Counted from the first letter of the stretch, positions 1-8,705 are shown. The stretch: 64,000 nucleotides of DNA from Gemmatimonadota bacterium (GCA_021413975.1 JAIOPJ010000020.1:57975-121974); one strand, 5' to 3'. Notes: a model not told the origin generated them from the letters alone. Numbers and translations are program-made.

Positions 1-630
1 GTTCTTGGCGCCCACGCGGCAGCCGACCATGCATTCGCCGCAACGCGTGCAACCGGTGCGCGCCGGCCCTTCGCCGCCGAAGTAGGGATCGGCCACCTCG
101 CGACCGGGTTCACCGAAGAAGACGCCGACCGGAGTGCGCGTGAAGGTCTCGCCCACGCCGAAGTGCTCTCCCACGCCGCGCAGCAGGTCCTGTGCGCCGC
201 TTGGGTACGGCACGGTCGCGACACCCAGCATCCGCTCGGCGGTCTCGTAGTGCGGGCGCAGCACCGCGCCCCAGTCCTCGAGCCCGACCCACTGCGGGTT
301 GGTGAAGAAGGCCGGCTTGGCGCGGTAGAGCGTGTTGGCGTAGACCGTGCTCCCGCCGCCGACCGCCGTTCCCGATGCGATGAAGATGTCCTTGAACGGC
401 GAGAGTTCGAGGATCCCGCGCAGGCCGAGCGTGGGAGCCCAGATGAAGCGCTTCAGGTCCCAGGTCGAGGCCGCGAATTCGTCATCCGCGTAGCGGTGGC
501 CCGCCTCGATGACGAGGACCTTGTAGCCCTTCTGGCTCAGGCGGAGCGCCGAGACGCTGCCGCCGAAACCGGAACCGATGATGATCCAGTCGTATTCTTG
601 CAGCGTATGGGTCATCGGTCGATCCGGCAT
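1..630 (-). CDS. GMC-family FAD-dependent oxidoreductase (cholesterol-oxidase-like), N-terminal part; the 3' end lies outside the window
   Basis: The minus-strand frame is open to the window edge, so it is absent from the ORF track. My translation from ATG 615 reads MTHTLQEYDWIIIGSGFGGSVSALRLSQKGYKVLVIEAGHRY..., a GxGxxG FAD fold, and later ...GCTRCGECMVGCRVGAKN. There is also an in-frame ATG at 630, so the start is either 615 or 630. Confidence 0.8.
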   Translation of the reverse strand, partial: MPDRPMTHTLQEYDWIIIGSGFGGSVSALRLSQKGYKVLVIEAGHRYADDEFAASTWDLKRFIWAPTLGLRGILELSPFKDIFIASGTAVGGGSTVYANTLYRAKPAFFTNPQWVGLEDWGAVLRPHYETAERMLGVATVPYPSGAQDLLRGVGEHFGVGETFTRTPVGVFFGEPGREVADPYFGGEGPARTGCTRCGECMVGCRVGAKN

Positions 631-670
631 GGTCGAGTGCGGGGTCCTTCCACCATCTGAGGCAATTAAC

Positions 671-1591
671 ATGGGTCATCCCACGGCCGCGCCTCCCGGC
701 AGCTATGGCGAAGCCCCGCCGGGATTCCGATTGCCCGACGGGACGCAACTCGGTCCGGTGGTGCTGCAGGTCGCCGATCTCGAGCGTTCGGTCCGCTTCT
801 ACGAGTCGGTGCTCGGATTCAGCGTGCTGGGTCGCACCGGGAATGCCGCAGTGCTCTCCTCCCTCGCGGGCACGCGGCCGTTGCTCGAACTGCGCGAGCG
901 GAAGGGCGCGCGCCCGGTCGCCGGCCGCGGAAGGCTCGGGCTCTTCCACTTCGCGATCCTCCTTCCCGATCGTCCGTCGCTGGGCCGCTTCGTGCGACAT
1001 CTCGGCGAGATCGGTGTGCGCGCCGGTGCCGGGGACCATGTGGTGAGCGAGGCCTTCTACCTCAACGACCCGGACGGACTCGGGATCGAGGTCTACGCCG
1101 ACCGGCCGCGCGAGGGCTGGCAGCGCGTGGGGCGTGAACTCGTGATGGGGACGGGGTCGGTGGACGTGCCCGGGCTCGTCGCGGTCGCGGGCCCGGAGCC
1201 GTGGACGGGACTGCCCGGCGGTACGGTGATCGGCCATGTGCATCTGCACGTCGCCGACATCGCGCGCGCGTCGGCGTTCTACTCGGATGCGCTCGGGTTC
1301 GACCGCATGGTGTGGAGCTACCCCGGGGCGCTGTTCTTCGGCGCCGGCGGCTACCACCATCATCTCGGTACGAACGTCTGGGCGGGCGCGGGTGCCCCTC
1401 CTGCCGCAGAGGATGAGGCGCGATTGGTGGAGTGGACGATCCGGGTCCCTGCCGAGACGCACGTGGAAGCGATCGCCGCGAGCCTGCAGCGCGGCGGACA
1501 CCCGCTGACGCGCGCGACGCGAGCCGACGGGGCACTGGAGATCGTGGCGCCTGATCCGTGGGGCACACAAGTGCGTATCGGCATAGAGTAG
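671..1591 (+). CDS. VOC/glyoxalase-family protein, two-domain ring-cleaving-dioxygenase-like (CatE-like)
   Basis: Track ORF 578..1591. I moved the start to ATG 671 (MGHPTAAPP) because the upstream part overlaps the divergent GMC gene. There are two VOC halves: LQVADLERSVRFYESVLGF and HVHLHVADIARASAFYSDALGF. Confidence 0.8.
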   Translation: MGHPTAAPPGSYGEAPPGFRLPDGTQLGPVVLQVADLERSVRFYESVLGFSVLGRTGNAAVLSSLAGTRPLLELRERKGARPVAGRGRLGLFHFAILLPDRPSLGRFVRHLGEIGVRAGAGDHVVSEAFYLNDPDGLGIEVYADRPREGWQRVGRELVMGTGSVDVPGLVAVAGPEPWTGLPGGTVIGHVHLHVADIARASAFYSDALGFDRMVWSYPGALFFGAGGYHHHLGTNVWAGAGAPPAAEDEARLVEWTIRVPAETHVEAIAASLQRGGHPLTRATRADGALEIVAPDPWGTQVRIGIE

Positions 1592-1626
1592 TCGAGTCGA
1601 CGGTCGACCCTCGGCGGTCCGCACCA

Positions 1627-1655
1627 TTGACGAGGCGGTCGCCCGACTGCACAAT
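1627..1655 (+). promoter_or_regulatory. Candidate sigma-70-type promoter upstream of the copper cluster (TTGACG-17 nt-CACAAT)
   Basis: TTGACG lies at 1627-1632 and CACAAT at 1650-1655, with 17-nt spacing. The -10 ends 6 nt before GTG 1662. This implies either a leaderless mRNA or a downstream start (ATG 1743). Confidence 0.35.
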
Positions 1656-1661
1656 AGGCGC

Positions 1662-2099
1662 GTGAACTCCCTGCTTTGGCGGCGATCGACCGCGAGATGC
1701 CTGCTCTCCCTGTTGTTCACGGTCGCATTCAGTGATCAACAGATGGTGCACCGGTGCCCGGTGCACGAGAGCGGGCCGGACGCGCAGCAGAGCATGGCGG
1801 GCCACGTCGCGGGTCACGGCGCGGGCCACGCCATGCGTTCCGCTGCCGCTCGGGACCTCGCGGCGACGTCAGAGCAGGCTCCCGGCCCGGGCGTTCCGCA
1901 GCATTGCACCTGTGATGGATCGTGCGTCAGCGTCTCGTGCCTCGTCGCGTTGGTGTCGCCCGCGGCGACCTTCGATCCGTCGGTCACCGTCGCTGCGGTC
2001 GGCGAACCGCTCCGCGAGCGATCCGAGCGCGTGGACACCGTCGGTCGCCTGCTGCCGTTCGCGATCGGCCCTCCGATGACGGGCGCGGACCGCGCGTAG
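1662..2099 (+). CDS. Small secreted Cys/His/Met-rich protein, putative periplasmic metal (copper) binding; family not recognised
   Basis: Track ORF of 145 aa with a GTG start and strong GC3 bias in this frame. It has a short N-terminal hydrophobic segment (ARCLLSLLFTVAF). Motifs are HRCPVH (aa 30-35), MAGHVAGHGAGHAM (aa 45-58) and HCTCDGSCVSVSC (aa 81-93). It lies directly upstream of the TBDR-CopCD-YcnI genes. The start is uncertain; there is an in-frame ATG at 1743. Confidence 0.55.
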   Translation: MNSLLWRRSTARCLLSLLFTVAFSDQQMVHRCPVHESGPDAQQSMAGHVAGHGAGHAMRSAAARDLAATSEQAPGPGVPQHCTCDGSCVSVSCLVALVSPAATFDPSVTVAAVGEPLRERSERVDTVGRLLPFAIGPPMTGADRA

Positions 2100-2239
2100 C
2101 CCGAGTGTGCGTGTAGCGGGTCCCGAACAGGGGCTCCGTGGACGCCATTGGCTCGCGTGTCGCACCCCTCACGTCCGACATCGCGGCGCCGCACACGGCG
2201 CGTCGCGCCAATCTCAGACATCATCGGAGTCGTCACGAC

Positions 2240-4531
2240 ATGCGTTTCTTCCCGATCCCGCTCCTCGCGGCCTGCATCGCCATGCCGGTCTCGGCACAGG
2301 CCACGCGCCAGAAGCCCGATTCCACCGCGCGTGCGGACAGCGCACGGCTCATCCGCAGCGTCCTCATCGTCGGCGAACCCGAGGAGAACCGCTCCACGAG
2401 CGCATTGCAGCGTCTCACCCTGCCGGCCACGGCCCGCGTGACCGCGAGCCAGGCCGCGCGCACGGTGAACCTCGTCGATCCCGAGGACGCGGTGAAGTAC
2501 CTGCCAGGTGTCTTCATCCGGAAGCGGAACAACGGTGACACGCAATCGACCGTGGGCACGCGGACCTGGGGGGTGGGGTCGAGTGCGCGCACCCTGGTCT
2601 TCGCCGACGGTGTGCCGCTCACGGCGTTGATCGCCAACAACAACACCATCGGTGGGCCGCGCTGGGGGCTCGTCTCGCCCGAGGAGGTCTCGCGTGTGGA
2701 CATGATGTTCGGGCCGTTCAGCGCCGCGTACGCGGGCAACTCGATGGGCGCCGTCATGGAGATCACCACCCGCCAGCCGGACGTCCTCACCTACTCGATC
2801 GCGCAGACCCACTCCCGCCAGCGATTCTCCCTCTACGGGACCGAGAGCACGTTCGGCACCGGGCAGACGAACGCGACACTGGGCGATCGGTTCGGGAAGT
2901 TCTCGTTCTGGGCGAGCGCGAATCACCAGAAGAGCGAGAGTCAGCCACTCACCTATGTCACGAGCGCGACGATCCCGGCCGGCACCACGGGAGCCTTCAC
3001 GCAATTCAACAAGCTGGGTGCTCCGGCGAACATCCTCGGCGCGACCGGCCTGCTCGAGACCGGCATGACGAACGCGAAGGTGAAGATCGCCTACGACATC
3101 GCCCCGGACGTCCGGGCATCGTACACCTACGCGCTGTGGCGGAACGATGCCGCTTCCGCGACGGACACCTATCTCGCCCGCGGGTCCACGCCGACCCTCG
3201 CGAGCCAGGCCGGCTTCGCGACGGGAACCTACTTCCTCGACCAGCGTCACTCGGCGCAGAGTTTCGCGCTGCGCACCGATCGCGACAAGGACTGGGACTA
3301 CGAGGCGGTCTGGTCGCAGTATGCCATGGAGAAGGATGAGCAGCGGTTCCCGACATCGATCACGGCCGCCGATACCGCGAGTGCGGCGGGACGCATCGCC
3401 GTGCTGGCCGGCACCGGGTGGTCCACACTCGATCTCCGGGCGGCGTGGCACCGAGGAGGCAGCGCCGCGGCGCACGTCGTGGCGTTCGGTGCCCACTCGG
3501 ACCTCTACGAGTTGGACAACCCGACGTACAGCGCCACGAACTGGCGGTACGATCCGTTCCGGACGGTGTTCAGCACCGGCCGCGGCAAGACCGGCACGAG
3601 GGCGCTCTGGGTCCAGGACGCATGGACGATCCGGTCGGGGCTCAAGCTGACGGTCGGCGGTCGCTACGAATCGTGGCGCGCGTTCGACGGGTACAACAAG
3701 AGCGGCACGGTGGCCGTGACCCAGCCCGAGCGCTCCATGACGCGCTTCTCGCCCAAGGCGGTGCTCAACTGGGTCCCCTCGACCGACTGGACGCTCTCGG
3801 CCTCGCTGGCGAAGGCGTACCGGTTCGCGACGCCCGCGGAGCTCTACCAGTTGGTCACCACCGGCGTGACGTTCACCTCACCGGCACCGGATCTGCGGCC
3901 GGACGACGTCGTCGCCGCCGAACTCCGTGCGACCCGGCACTTCGCCTGGGGTCAGGCGCAGGCCGTGCTGTTCCAGGACGACGTGCATGACGCGATCATC
4001 TCGCAGTTCCTCCCGCTCGTCCAGGGATCACCGACGCTCTTCAGCTACCTCGCCAACGTCGATCACGTGCGTTCGCGGGGGATCGAGGCGAGCCTGAACA
4101 CGCACGATCTCATGATGAACGGACTCGAGCTGATGTTCACCGGGACCTATCTCGATGCGCGCACGCTCGCGCTCTCGGGACGCGCCAGCGCGACGGCCCC
4201 TGCGGGCACGGCGGTCGGGAAGTTCCTGCCGAACATCCCCAAGTGGCGTGCCAGTTTCCTCGCGACGTTCCGGCCGGGTCCGCGCACGTCGCTCACGCTC
4301 GGTGGACGCTACAGCGACAAGCTCTACTCGACGCTCGACAACGCCGACGTGAATCCGAACACGTATCAGGGCTTCGCCGACTGGTTCGTGCTCGACATGC
4401 GGGCCGCGTTCCAGGCGACCCCGCACTGGAACTGGTCGGTCGGGATCGACAACGTGCTCGATCGCAAGTACTTCCTCTTCCATCCGTTCCCGAACCGGAC
4501 GGTCGTGGCGAGTGCGAAGTTCTCGCGCTGA
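2240..4531 (+). CDS. TonB-dependent outer-membrane receptor
   Basis: Track ORF 2138..4531. ATG 2240 gives the signal peptide MRFFPIPLLAACIAMPVSAQA. Plug-type motifs are present (PGVFIRKRNNGDTQSTVGTRTWGV, LVFADGVPL, GPFSAAYAGNSMGAVMEITTR), followed by a long beta-barrel region. Confidence 0.9.
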   Translation: MRFFPIPLLAACIAMPVSAQATRQKPDSTARADSARLIRSVLIVGEPEENRSTSALQRLTLPATARVTASQAARTVNLVDPEDAVKYLPGVFIRKRNNGDTQSTVGTRTWGVGSSARTLVFADGVPLTALIANNNTIGGPRWGLVSPEEVSRVDMMFGPFSAAYAGNSMGAVMEITTRQPDVLTYSIAQTHSRQRFSLYGTESTFGTGQTNATLGDRFGKFSFWASANHQKSESQPLTYVTSATIPAGTTGAFTQFNKLGAPANILGATGLLETGMTNAKVKIAYDIAPDVRASYTYALWRNDAASATDTYLARGSTPTLASQAGFATGTYFLDQRHSAQSFALRTDRDKDWDYEAVWSQYAMEKDEQRFPTSITAADTASAAGRIAVLAGTGWSTLDLRAAWHRGGSAAAHVVAFGAHSDLYELDNPTYSATNWRYDPFRTVFSTGRGKTGTRALWVQDAWTIRSGLKLTVGGRYESWRAFDGYNKSGTVAVTQPERSMTRFSPKAVLNWVPSTDWTLSASLAKAYRFATPAELYQLVTTGVTFTSPAPDLRPDDVVAAELRATRHFAWGQAQAVLFQDDVHDAIISQFLPLVQGSPTLFSYLANVDHVRSRGIEASLNTHDLMMNGLELMFTGTYLDARTLALSGRASATAPAGTAVGKFLPNIPKWRASFLATFRPGPRTSLTLGGRYSDKLYSTLDNADVNPNTYQGFADWFVLDMRAAFQATPHWNWSVGIDNVLDRKYFLFHPFPNRTVVASAKFSR

Positions 4532-4541
4532 GCGAAAGGGA

Positions 4542-5858
4542 GTGAAGGCGGCGAGCGTGCTGCTCGCCGCCCTCCTTCTCGTCGCGGCGGCGGAAGGCAC
4601 GACGCGGCACACGGAGCTGATCGCCTCCGACCCGGCCGCGGACGCCCATGTCGCCACCGGGGTGGTGCGCGTACGTCTGCTGTTCAGCGAGCCGATCGAG
4701 GCCGAGCTGGCGCGGATCACGTTGCGCTCGTCGAACGGGACCGTGCAGGTGCCCGCCGTCGAGGGCGATCCGCGCGATGTCAACGCGATCGTCGCGGCGG
4801 TCACCCCGCTCGTCGACGGTGCGTTCCGCCTGAGTTGGCGCGTGGTCTCCGCGGACGGTCACCCGGTCGCCGGCTCCTATGTCTTCTGGGTGGGTGACGC
4901 GCACTCGGCGACACCGCCCGCAGAGGTGTCGTCGGAGGCGGCGAATGCCGCGACCGCGACGACGGCGCCACCGATCGCGATCCTGACCGCACTCCTGCGC
5001 GGTGCCGCACTCGCGGCATTGCTCGCGGTGGCCGGGATGCTGTTCTTCGTGGTGCGAGTCGAGGGAGGCGAGGCCGCCGCGATCCCCGAGGCGATGCGCG
5101 TCGCGAGGTTCGCGGCGCTCGGGGCACCATTGTTGCTGGGCGCGCACGTGCTGCTCTGGAGCGTCGCGGCATCGCAGGACGGCGCGTTCGAACTCTCCGG
5201 CATCGTGACCGCACTCCGCAGCGGGATCGGGCAACTCGAGCTCTGGCGCCTCTCGTCGGCACTGTTGGCCGCCTGGGCGCTCTGGCTCGCGCGGCGCCCC
5301 GGCCTCGCGTTGGCCTTCGCGACGGTCGCGGTCGTCCTGAGCGCGTTCCTCGGTCACGCGGCCGCGTTCACGCCATCGATCTCCGTCCCGGCGAAGGGAC
5401 TGCATCTGCTCGCTGCCGCGATCTGGATCGGCGGCCTCGCCTGGCTGCTCGCCCATCGGCGATCCGATGTGGTGCGCCTCGTGCGCGTCGCTTCCGACGT
5501 CTCGCGCGCCGCGCTCGTCGCCGTGGTCCTGGTCACGGCGAGCGGCCTGGCGCAGTCGTGGGTACTGCTGCCCGACCCCATCAGCGCGCTCGGCACCGCG
5601 TACGGTACGTTGTTGATCGCGAAGATCGTGGGGACGCTCGTGCTCGTCGCGTTCGGCGCGCACCATCGATTCCGTGCACTGCCCGGACTTCTCGCCCCAG
5701 GCGCCGATGGAGCCTCGCTCGCCTCGTCGCTGAAGAAGGAACTGTTCGTGATGGCGATCGTCACGCTGCTCGGCGGCGCGCTCGCGTCCGCTGCCCTTCC
5801 CCCCGCCGGTCACGCGCACCAGGCCGACGGATCCCCTCCAATCGAGTCGGACCCATGA
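4542..5858 (+). CDS. CopC-CopD fusion protein (YcnJ-like copper transport/resistance protein)
   Basis: Track ORF 4512..5858. I prefer GTG 4542 (MKAASVLLAALLLVAAA signal). The CopC domain reads HTELIASDPA...FRLSWRVVSADGHPVAGSYVFWV. A multi-TM CopD-like domain follows (AALAALLAVAGMLFF...IWIGGLAWLL...). Confidence 0.85.
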   Translation: MKAASVLLAALLLVAAAEGTTRHTELIASDPAADAHVATGVVRVRLLFSEPIEAELARITLRSSNGTVQVPAVEGDPRDVNAIVAAVTPLVDGAFRLSWRVVSADGHPVAGSYVFWVGDAHSATPPAEVSSEAANAATATTAPPIAILTALLRGAALAALLAVAGMLFFVVRVEGGEAAAIPEAMRVARFAALGAPLLLGAHVLLWSVAASQDGAFELSGIVTALRSGIGQLELWRLSSALLAAWALWLARRPGLALAFATVAVVLSAFLGHAAAFTPSISVPAKGLHLLAAAIWIGGLAWLLAHRRSDVVRLVRVASDVSRAALVAVVLVTASGLAQSWVLLPDPISALGTAYGTLLIAKIVGTLVLVAFGAHHRFRALPGLLAPGADGASLASSLKKELFVMAIVTLLGGALASAALPPAGHAHQADGSPPIESDP

Positions 5859-6460
5859 CAACCACGGATTCTCGGTCGCGCTCCCGCCGCACGCCCGCGC
5901 TCGTCGCCGCATTGACGCTGGCGATCGCGCTCGCGTCGCCCGGGATCGCCTTCGGCCACGCCGTCGTCTACCCCAAGGCCTCCGGCCCCGGCGCGTACGA
6001 ACGGTATGTGCTGCGGGTGCCGAACGAACGGGCCACGGCCACCACGCGCGTGGAGCTGCGCGTGCCGTCGGGCGTGCGCGTCACGAGTTTCGCCGAGGTC
6101 CCCGGCTGGACGCTCGAGGTGCTCACGGACTCGGCGAACCGGATCATCGGCGCGGTCTGGACCGGCTCACTCGCACCCAAGCGGTTCGTGGAGTTCCCGT
6201 TCGTCGGCGTGAATCCGAAGGAAGCGGGGAAGGTCAGCTGGCCTGCGTTCCAGACGTACGCCGAAGGCGAGCGCGTGGAGTGGACCGGAGAGGAGGGCTC
6301 GAAGACCCCGGTGTCATCGACGACCATCGGGGCGGTCGAGCCGGCCGCGGCGTCATCAGGGGCGGGTGCACCGGCGTGGGCCTCGTGGGGGGCACTGGCT
6401 CTCGCGATGCTCGGCCTCGCCCTCTCGCTGCGGCGGCCGGAGCCCGGCAAGGCGTCGTGA
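5855..6460 (+). CDS. YcnI/DUF1775-family copper-binding protein with C-terminal membrane anchor
   Basis: The ATG at 5855 overlaps the CopCD stop (ATGA). The signal ...LASPGIAFG is followed by HAVVYPKASGPGAYERYVLRVPNE, the typical DUF1775 N-terminus with His as the predicted first mature residue. The C-terminal TM segment is WGALALAMLGLALSL. Confidence 0.85.
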   Translation: MTTTDSRSRSRRTPALVAALTLAIALASPGIAFGHAVVYPKASGPGAYERYVLRVPNERATATTRVELRVPSGVRVTSFAEVPGWTLEVLTDSANRIIGAVWTGSLAPKRFVEFPFVGVNPKEAGKVSWPAFQTYAEGERVEWTGEEGSKTPVSSTTIGAVEPAAASSGAGAPAWASWGALALAMLGLALSLRRPEPGKAS

Positions 6461-6470
6461 ATGCGGTCGT

Positions 6471-6494
6471 CCGGCCCGCGGGGCCGCGGGCCGG
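6471..6494. terminator. GC-rich hairpin between convergent ycnI-like and CDF genes
   Basis: CCGGCCCGCGG (6471-6481) pairs with CCGCGGGCCGG (6484-6494) as perfect reverse complements. There is no clear U-tract. Confidence 0.55.
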
Positions 6495-6506
6495 GAATCG
6501 TGAAGC

Positions 6507-7412
6507 TCAGCTGTTCGTCCTTCGCCCGTCGGCCGGTTCGAATGGCTCCATGTGCACGAGCACCGACTGCACCTGGGGCACCGCGGTGCGGATCGCGCTC
6601 TTCACCTTGCCGCTGAGGATATGCGCCTCGTGCAGGGGCATCTCGGGATCGGTCTGCACGTGGATGGTGACGCGATAGGTCATGCCGGTCCGTCGCATCG
6701 CGAGCTTCTCCGTCGCGAGCACTCCGGACACGGACTCGGCCGCCATGCGCACGGGAACGAGCACTTCGGGCCCCGCCGAGCGGTCCATGAGATCGGCGAC
6801 CGCGGGACGGAGCATGGTGATGCCGTTGTACACGATGATGGCCGACGCGACGAGGGCGGCCCAGTCATCGGCCGCTTCGAATCCGGGGCCGCCGATCACG
6901 GCGACGGAGATGCCCACGAACGCGGCCGCCGACGTGAGGGCGTCGCTCATGTGGTGCCAGGCGTCCGCTTGCACCGCCGAGCTCCCGATGGCGCGACCCA
7001 CGTGGCCCACGCGACGCGAGAGGAGCGTCTTCACGACGACCACGCCGACGAGCACGGCGAGTGTCCACGCGGCCGGCGCGTGGTGCGGCGTCACGATCTC
7101 GCGGATCGCCTCGATGCTGATGCCCACCGCGGCGCCGAGCAGCATCAACGAGACGATCGCCGCGGCGAGCGACTCGGCCTTGCCGTAGCCGAACGGATAG
7201 GTCTCGTCGGGGTCGCGGCTCGCGACGCTGAGTCCGCTCCAGACGATCAACGAGGAGAAGATGTCGGCGGCGGATTCGACCGCATCGGCCACGAGCGCGT
7301 AGCTGTTCCCGACGATCCCGGCGACGAGCTTGGTCACGGCGAGGGCCGTGTTCACGAGCATCCCCGCCTGAGCGGACCTGATCCCGCGACCCGCCGCTTC
7401 GCGATGGGGCAT
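6507..7412 (-). CDS. Cation diffusion facilitator (CDF) family metal efflux transporter
   Basis: Track ORF of 301 aa. CDF hallmarks are SYALVADAVESAADIFSS, FGYGKAESLAA and ADAWHHMSDALTS, plus a C-terminal cytoplasmic domain. A GGGGAGG SD lies 9 nt upstream of the ATG. Confidence 0.9.
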   Translation of the reverse strand: MPHREAAGRGIRSAQAGMLVNTALAVTKLVAGIVGNSYALVADAVESAADIFSSLIVWSGLSVASRDPDETYPFGYGKAESLAAAIVSLMLLGAAVGISIEAIREIVTPHHAPAAWTLAVLVGVVVVKTLLSRRVGHVGRAIGSSAVQADAWHHMSDALTSAAAFVGISVAVIGGPGFEAADDWAALVASAIIVYNGITMLRPAVADLMDRSAGPEVLVPVRMAAESVSGVLATEKLAMRRTGMTYRVTIHVQTDPEMPLHEAHILSGKVKSAIRTAVPQVQSVLVHMEPFEPADGRRTNS

Positions 7413-7415
7413 CGG

Positions 7416-8396
7416 CTATGCCTCCCCGACGTTCGCGAGCACCACGGCGGCGTTGCGCCGCAGTCCGCTCAACTTGGCTCGCTTGATCGCCGAGCCGCGG
7501 AAGCGTTCACGATACGCGGGTTCGTCGAGTGCGAGGATCTCGCGCGCGAGCGTCGCCGCGGCGGTCACGGAGAACTCCGTGCGCGGCGCGAGCGGTCCCT
7601 CGGCGGGCGGTGCGGTGGCGAACCGCACATTCCACGGACAGACGTCCTGACAGACGTCGCAGCCATAGAGGTGCTCGCCGATGGCGGCGTGGAACTCGGC
7701 CGGGATCGCCGACCGGCCCTCGATGGTGAGATACGAGATGCAACGGCGCGCGTCCATCACGCCCGGCAGAACGAAGGCGCGTGTCGGACACGCGTCGAGA
7801 CAGCGCGTGCAGGTGCCACAGTGATCCTCCGCGAACGGCGGGTCGGGCGTGAGGTCGAGCTCGAGGAACAACGACCCGATGAAGAAGAACGAGCCCATGC
7901 GCGGGTTGATCAGCATGGTGTTCTTGCCGAACCAGCCGAGCCCGGCGCGGCGGGCGAGGTCGCGTTCGAGGATCGGGCCAGTGTCGGCATAGGCCCGGCC
8001 ACGGACCGCCTCGCCGCGCTCGGCGCGCACCCAGGTGAGCAGTTCATCGAGCCGGTCCCACATCACCCGGTGATAGTCGTCGCCCCGCGCATACCGGGCG
8101 ATCGGCCCATCGGGCTGACGACCGCCGTAGTCGAGGGCGACCACGAGAGCCGAGATCATCCCGGGCTCGGGCCGCGTGGTGTCGCCGCGCAGCTCGGCGC
8201 CGCGCCGCAGGTAGTCCATCTCGCCGTGGTGATCGGCGGCGATCCATCGTTCGAAGGCGGGGGCGGTCTCCGCGGGACCGAGCGTGGCGATGCCGGCGAG
8301 GTCGAAACCGAGTCCGAGGGCCTGTGCCTTGAGTCGCGACTCGAAGGAGGAGGCCCGGGTGGCGCTCGGCAACTCGTCCGTCGCGGTCTGCCTCAC
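7416..8396 (-). CDS. queG: Epoxyqueuosine reductase QueG
   Basis: The C-terminal part of track ORF 7416..8708 carries HCGTCTRCLDACPT and YGCDVCQDVCPWN (two 4Fe-4S motifs), GWFGKNTMLINP and RGSAIKRAK. I set the start at GTG 8396 because it overlaps the stop of the upstream small ORF (GTGA). A TTG at 8372 is an alternative. Confidence 0.85.
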   Translation of the reverse strand: MRQTATDELPSATRASSFESRLKAQALGLGFDLAGIATLGPAETAPAFERWIAADHHGEMDYLRRGAELRGDTTRPEPGMISALVVALDYGGRQPDGPIARYARGDDYHRVMWDRLDELLTWVRAERGEAVRGRAYADTGPILERDLARRAGLGWFGKNTMLINPRMGSFFFIGSLFLELDLTPDPPFAEDHCGTCTRCLDACPTRAFVLPGVMDARRCISYLTIEGRSAIPAEFHAAIGEHLYGCDVCQDVCPWNVRFATAPPAEGPLAPRTEFSVTAAATLAREILALDEPAYRERFRGSAIKRAKLSGLRRNAAVVLANVGEA

Positions 8397-8635
8397 CCGA
8401 TGCGCGCCGCCCAGCGCGCGTAGCGGATCACGTCCTCCACGGGCGGGACGGCGTCGTGGTCGCCGTACGCCGTGTACATGCGCCAGCGCAGGTAGTCGCG
8501 CGCGGGGAGCGGGAGGAACGGCGCGCGGGCCCACCAGTGATTGCGGCGGAAGCGCCATCCGACCACGAGCAGGGCGATGGCGGTCCTGGGGCTGACGAGG
8601 GCTCGCGGGATGAGCCGTAGCACGAGCGAGAGCAT
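8393..8635 (-). CDS. Small (80 aa) hypothetical membrane protein, translationally coupled to queG
   Basis: Track ORF 8393..8635 has high GC3 in frame and an N-terminal hydrophobic segment (AIALLVVGW). Its stop overlaps the queG GTG. No family recognised. Confidence 0.55.
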   Translation of the reverse strand: MLSLVLRLIPRALVSPRTAIALLVVGWRFRRNHWWARAPFLPLPARDYLRWRMYTAYGDHDAVPPVEDVIRYARWAARIG

Positions 8636-8705
8636 CGGAGGAGGAATATAGGGACGCGCGGCGCGCGGGCGGCTTGCGCGCCCGCCGGGCGTTCCATAGT
8701 TTACT

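Noticed and set aside
2100-2239. Possible riboswitch (e.g. cobalamin) upstream of the TonB-dependent receptor
   Set aside because: The region is only ~140 nt. I see no B12-box-like sequence or any other riboswitch core I recognise. The TBDR is more likely co-transcribed with the upstream small gene.
1814-5912. Long minus-strand ORFs 1814..3496 (560 aa) and 4293..5912 (539 aa)
   Set aside because: They are antisense to the TBDR and CopCD genes. They are Arg-rich shadow frames with no motifs.
6552-8423. 623-aa plus-strand ORF
   Set aside because: It is antisense to the CDF and queG genes, both of which have diagnostic motifs. It is a shadow ORF.
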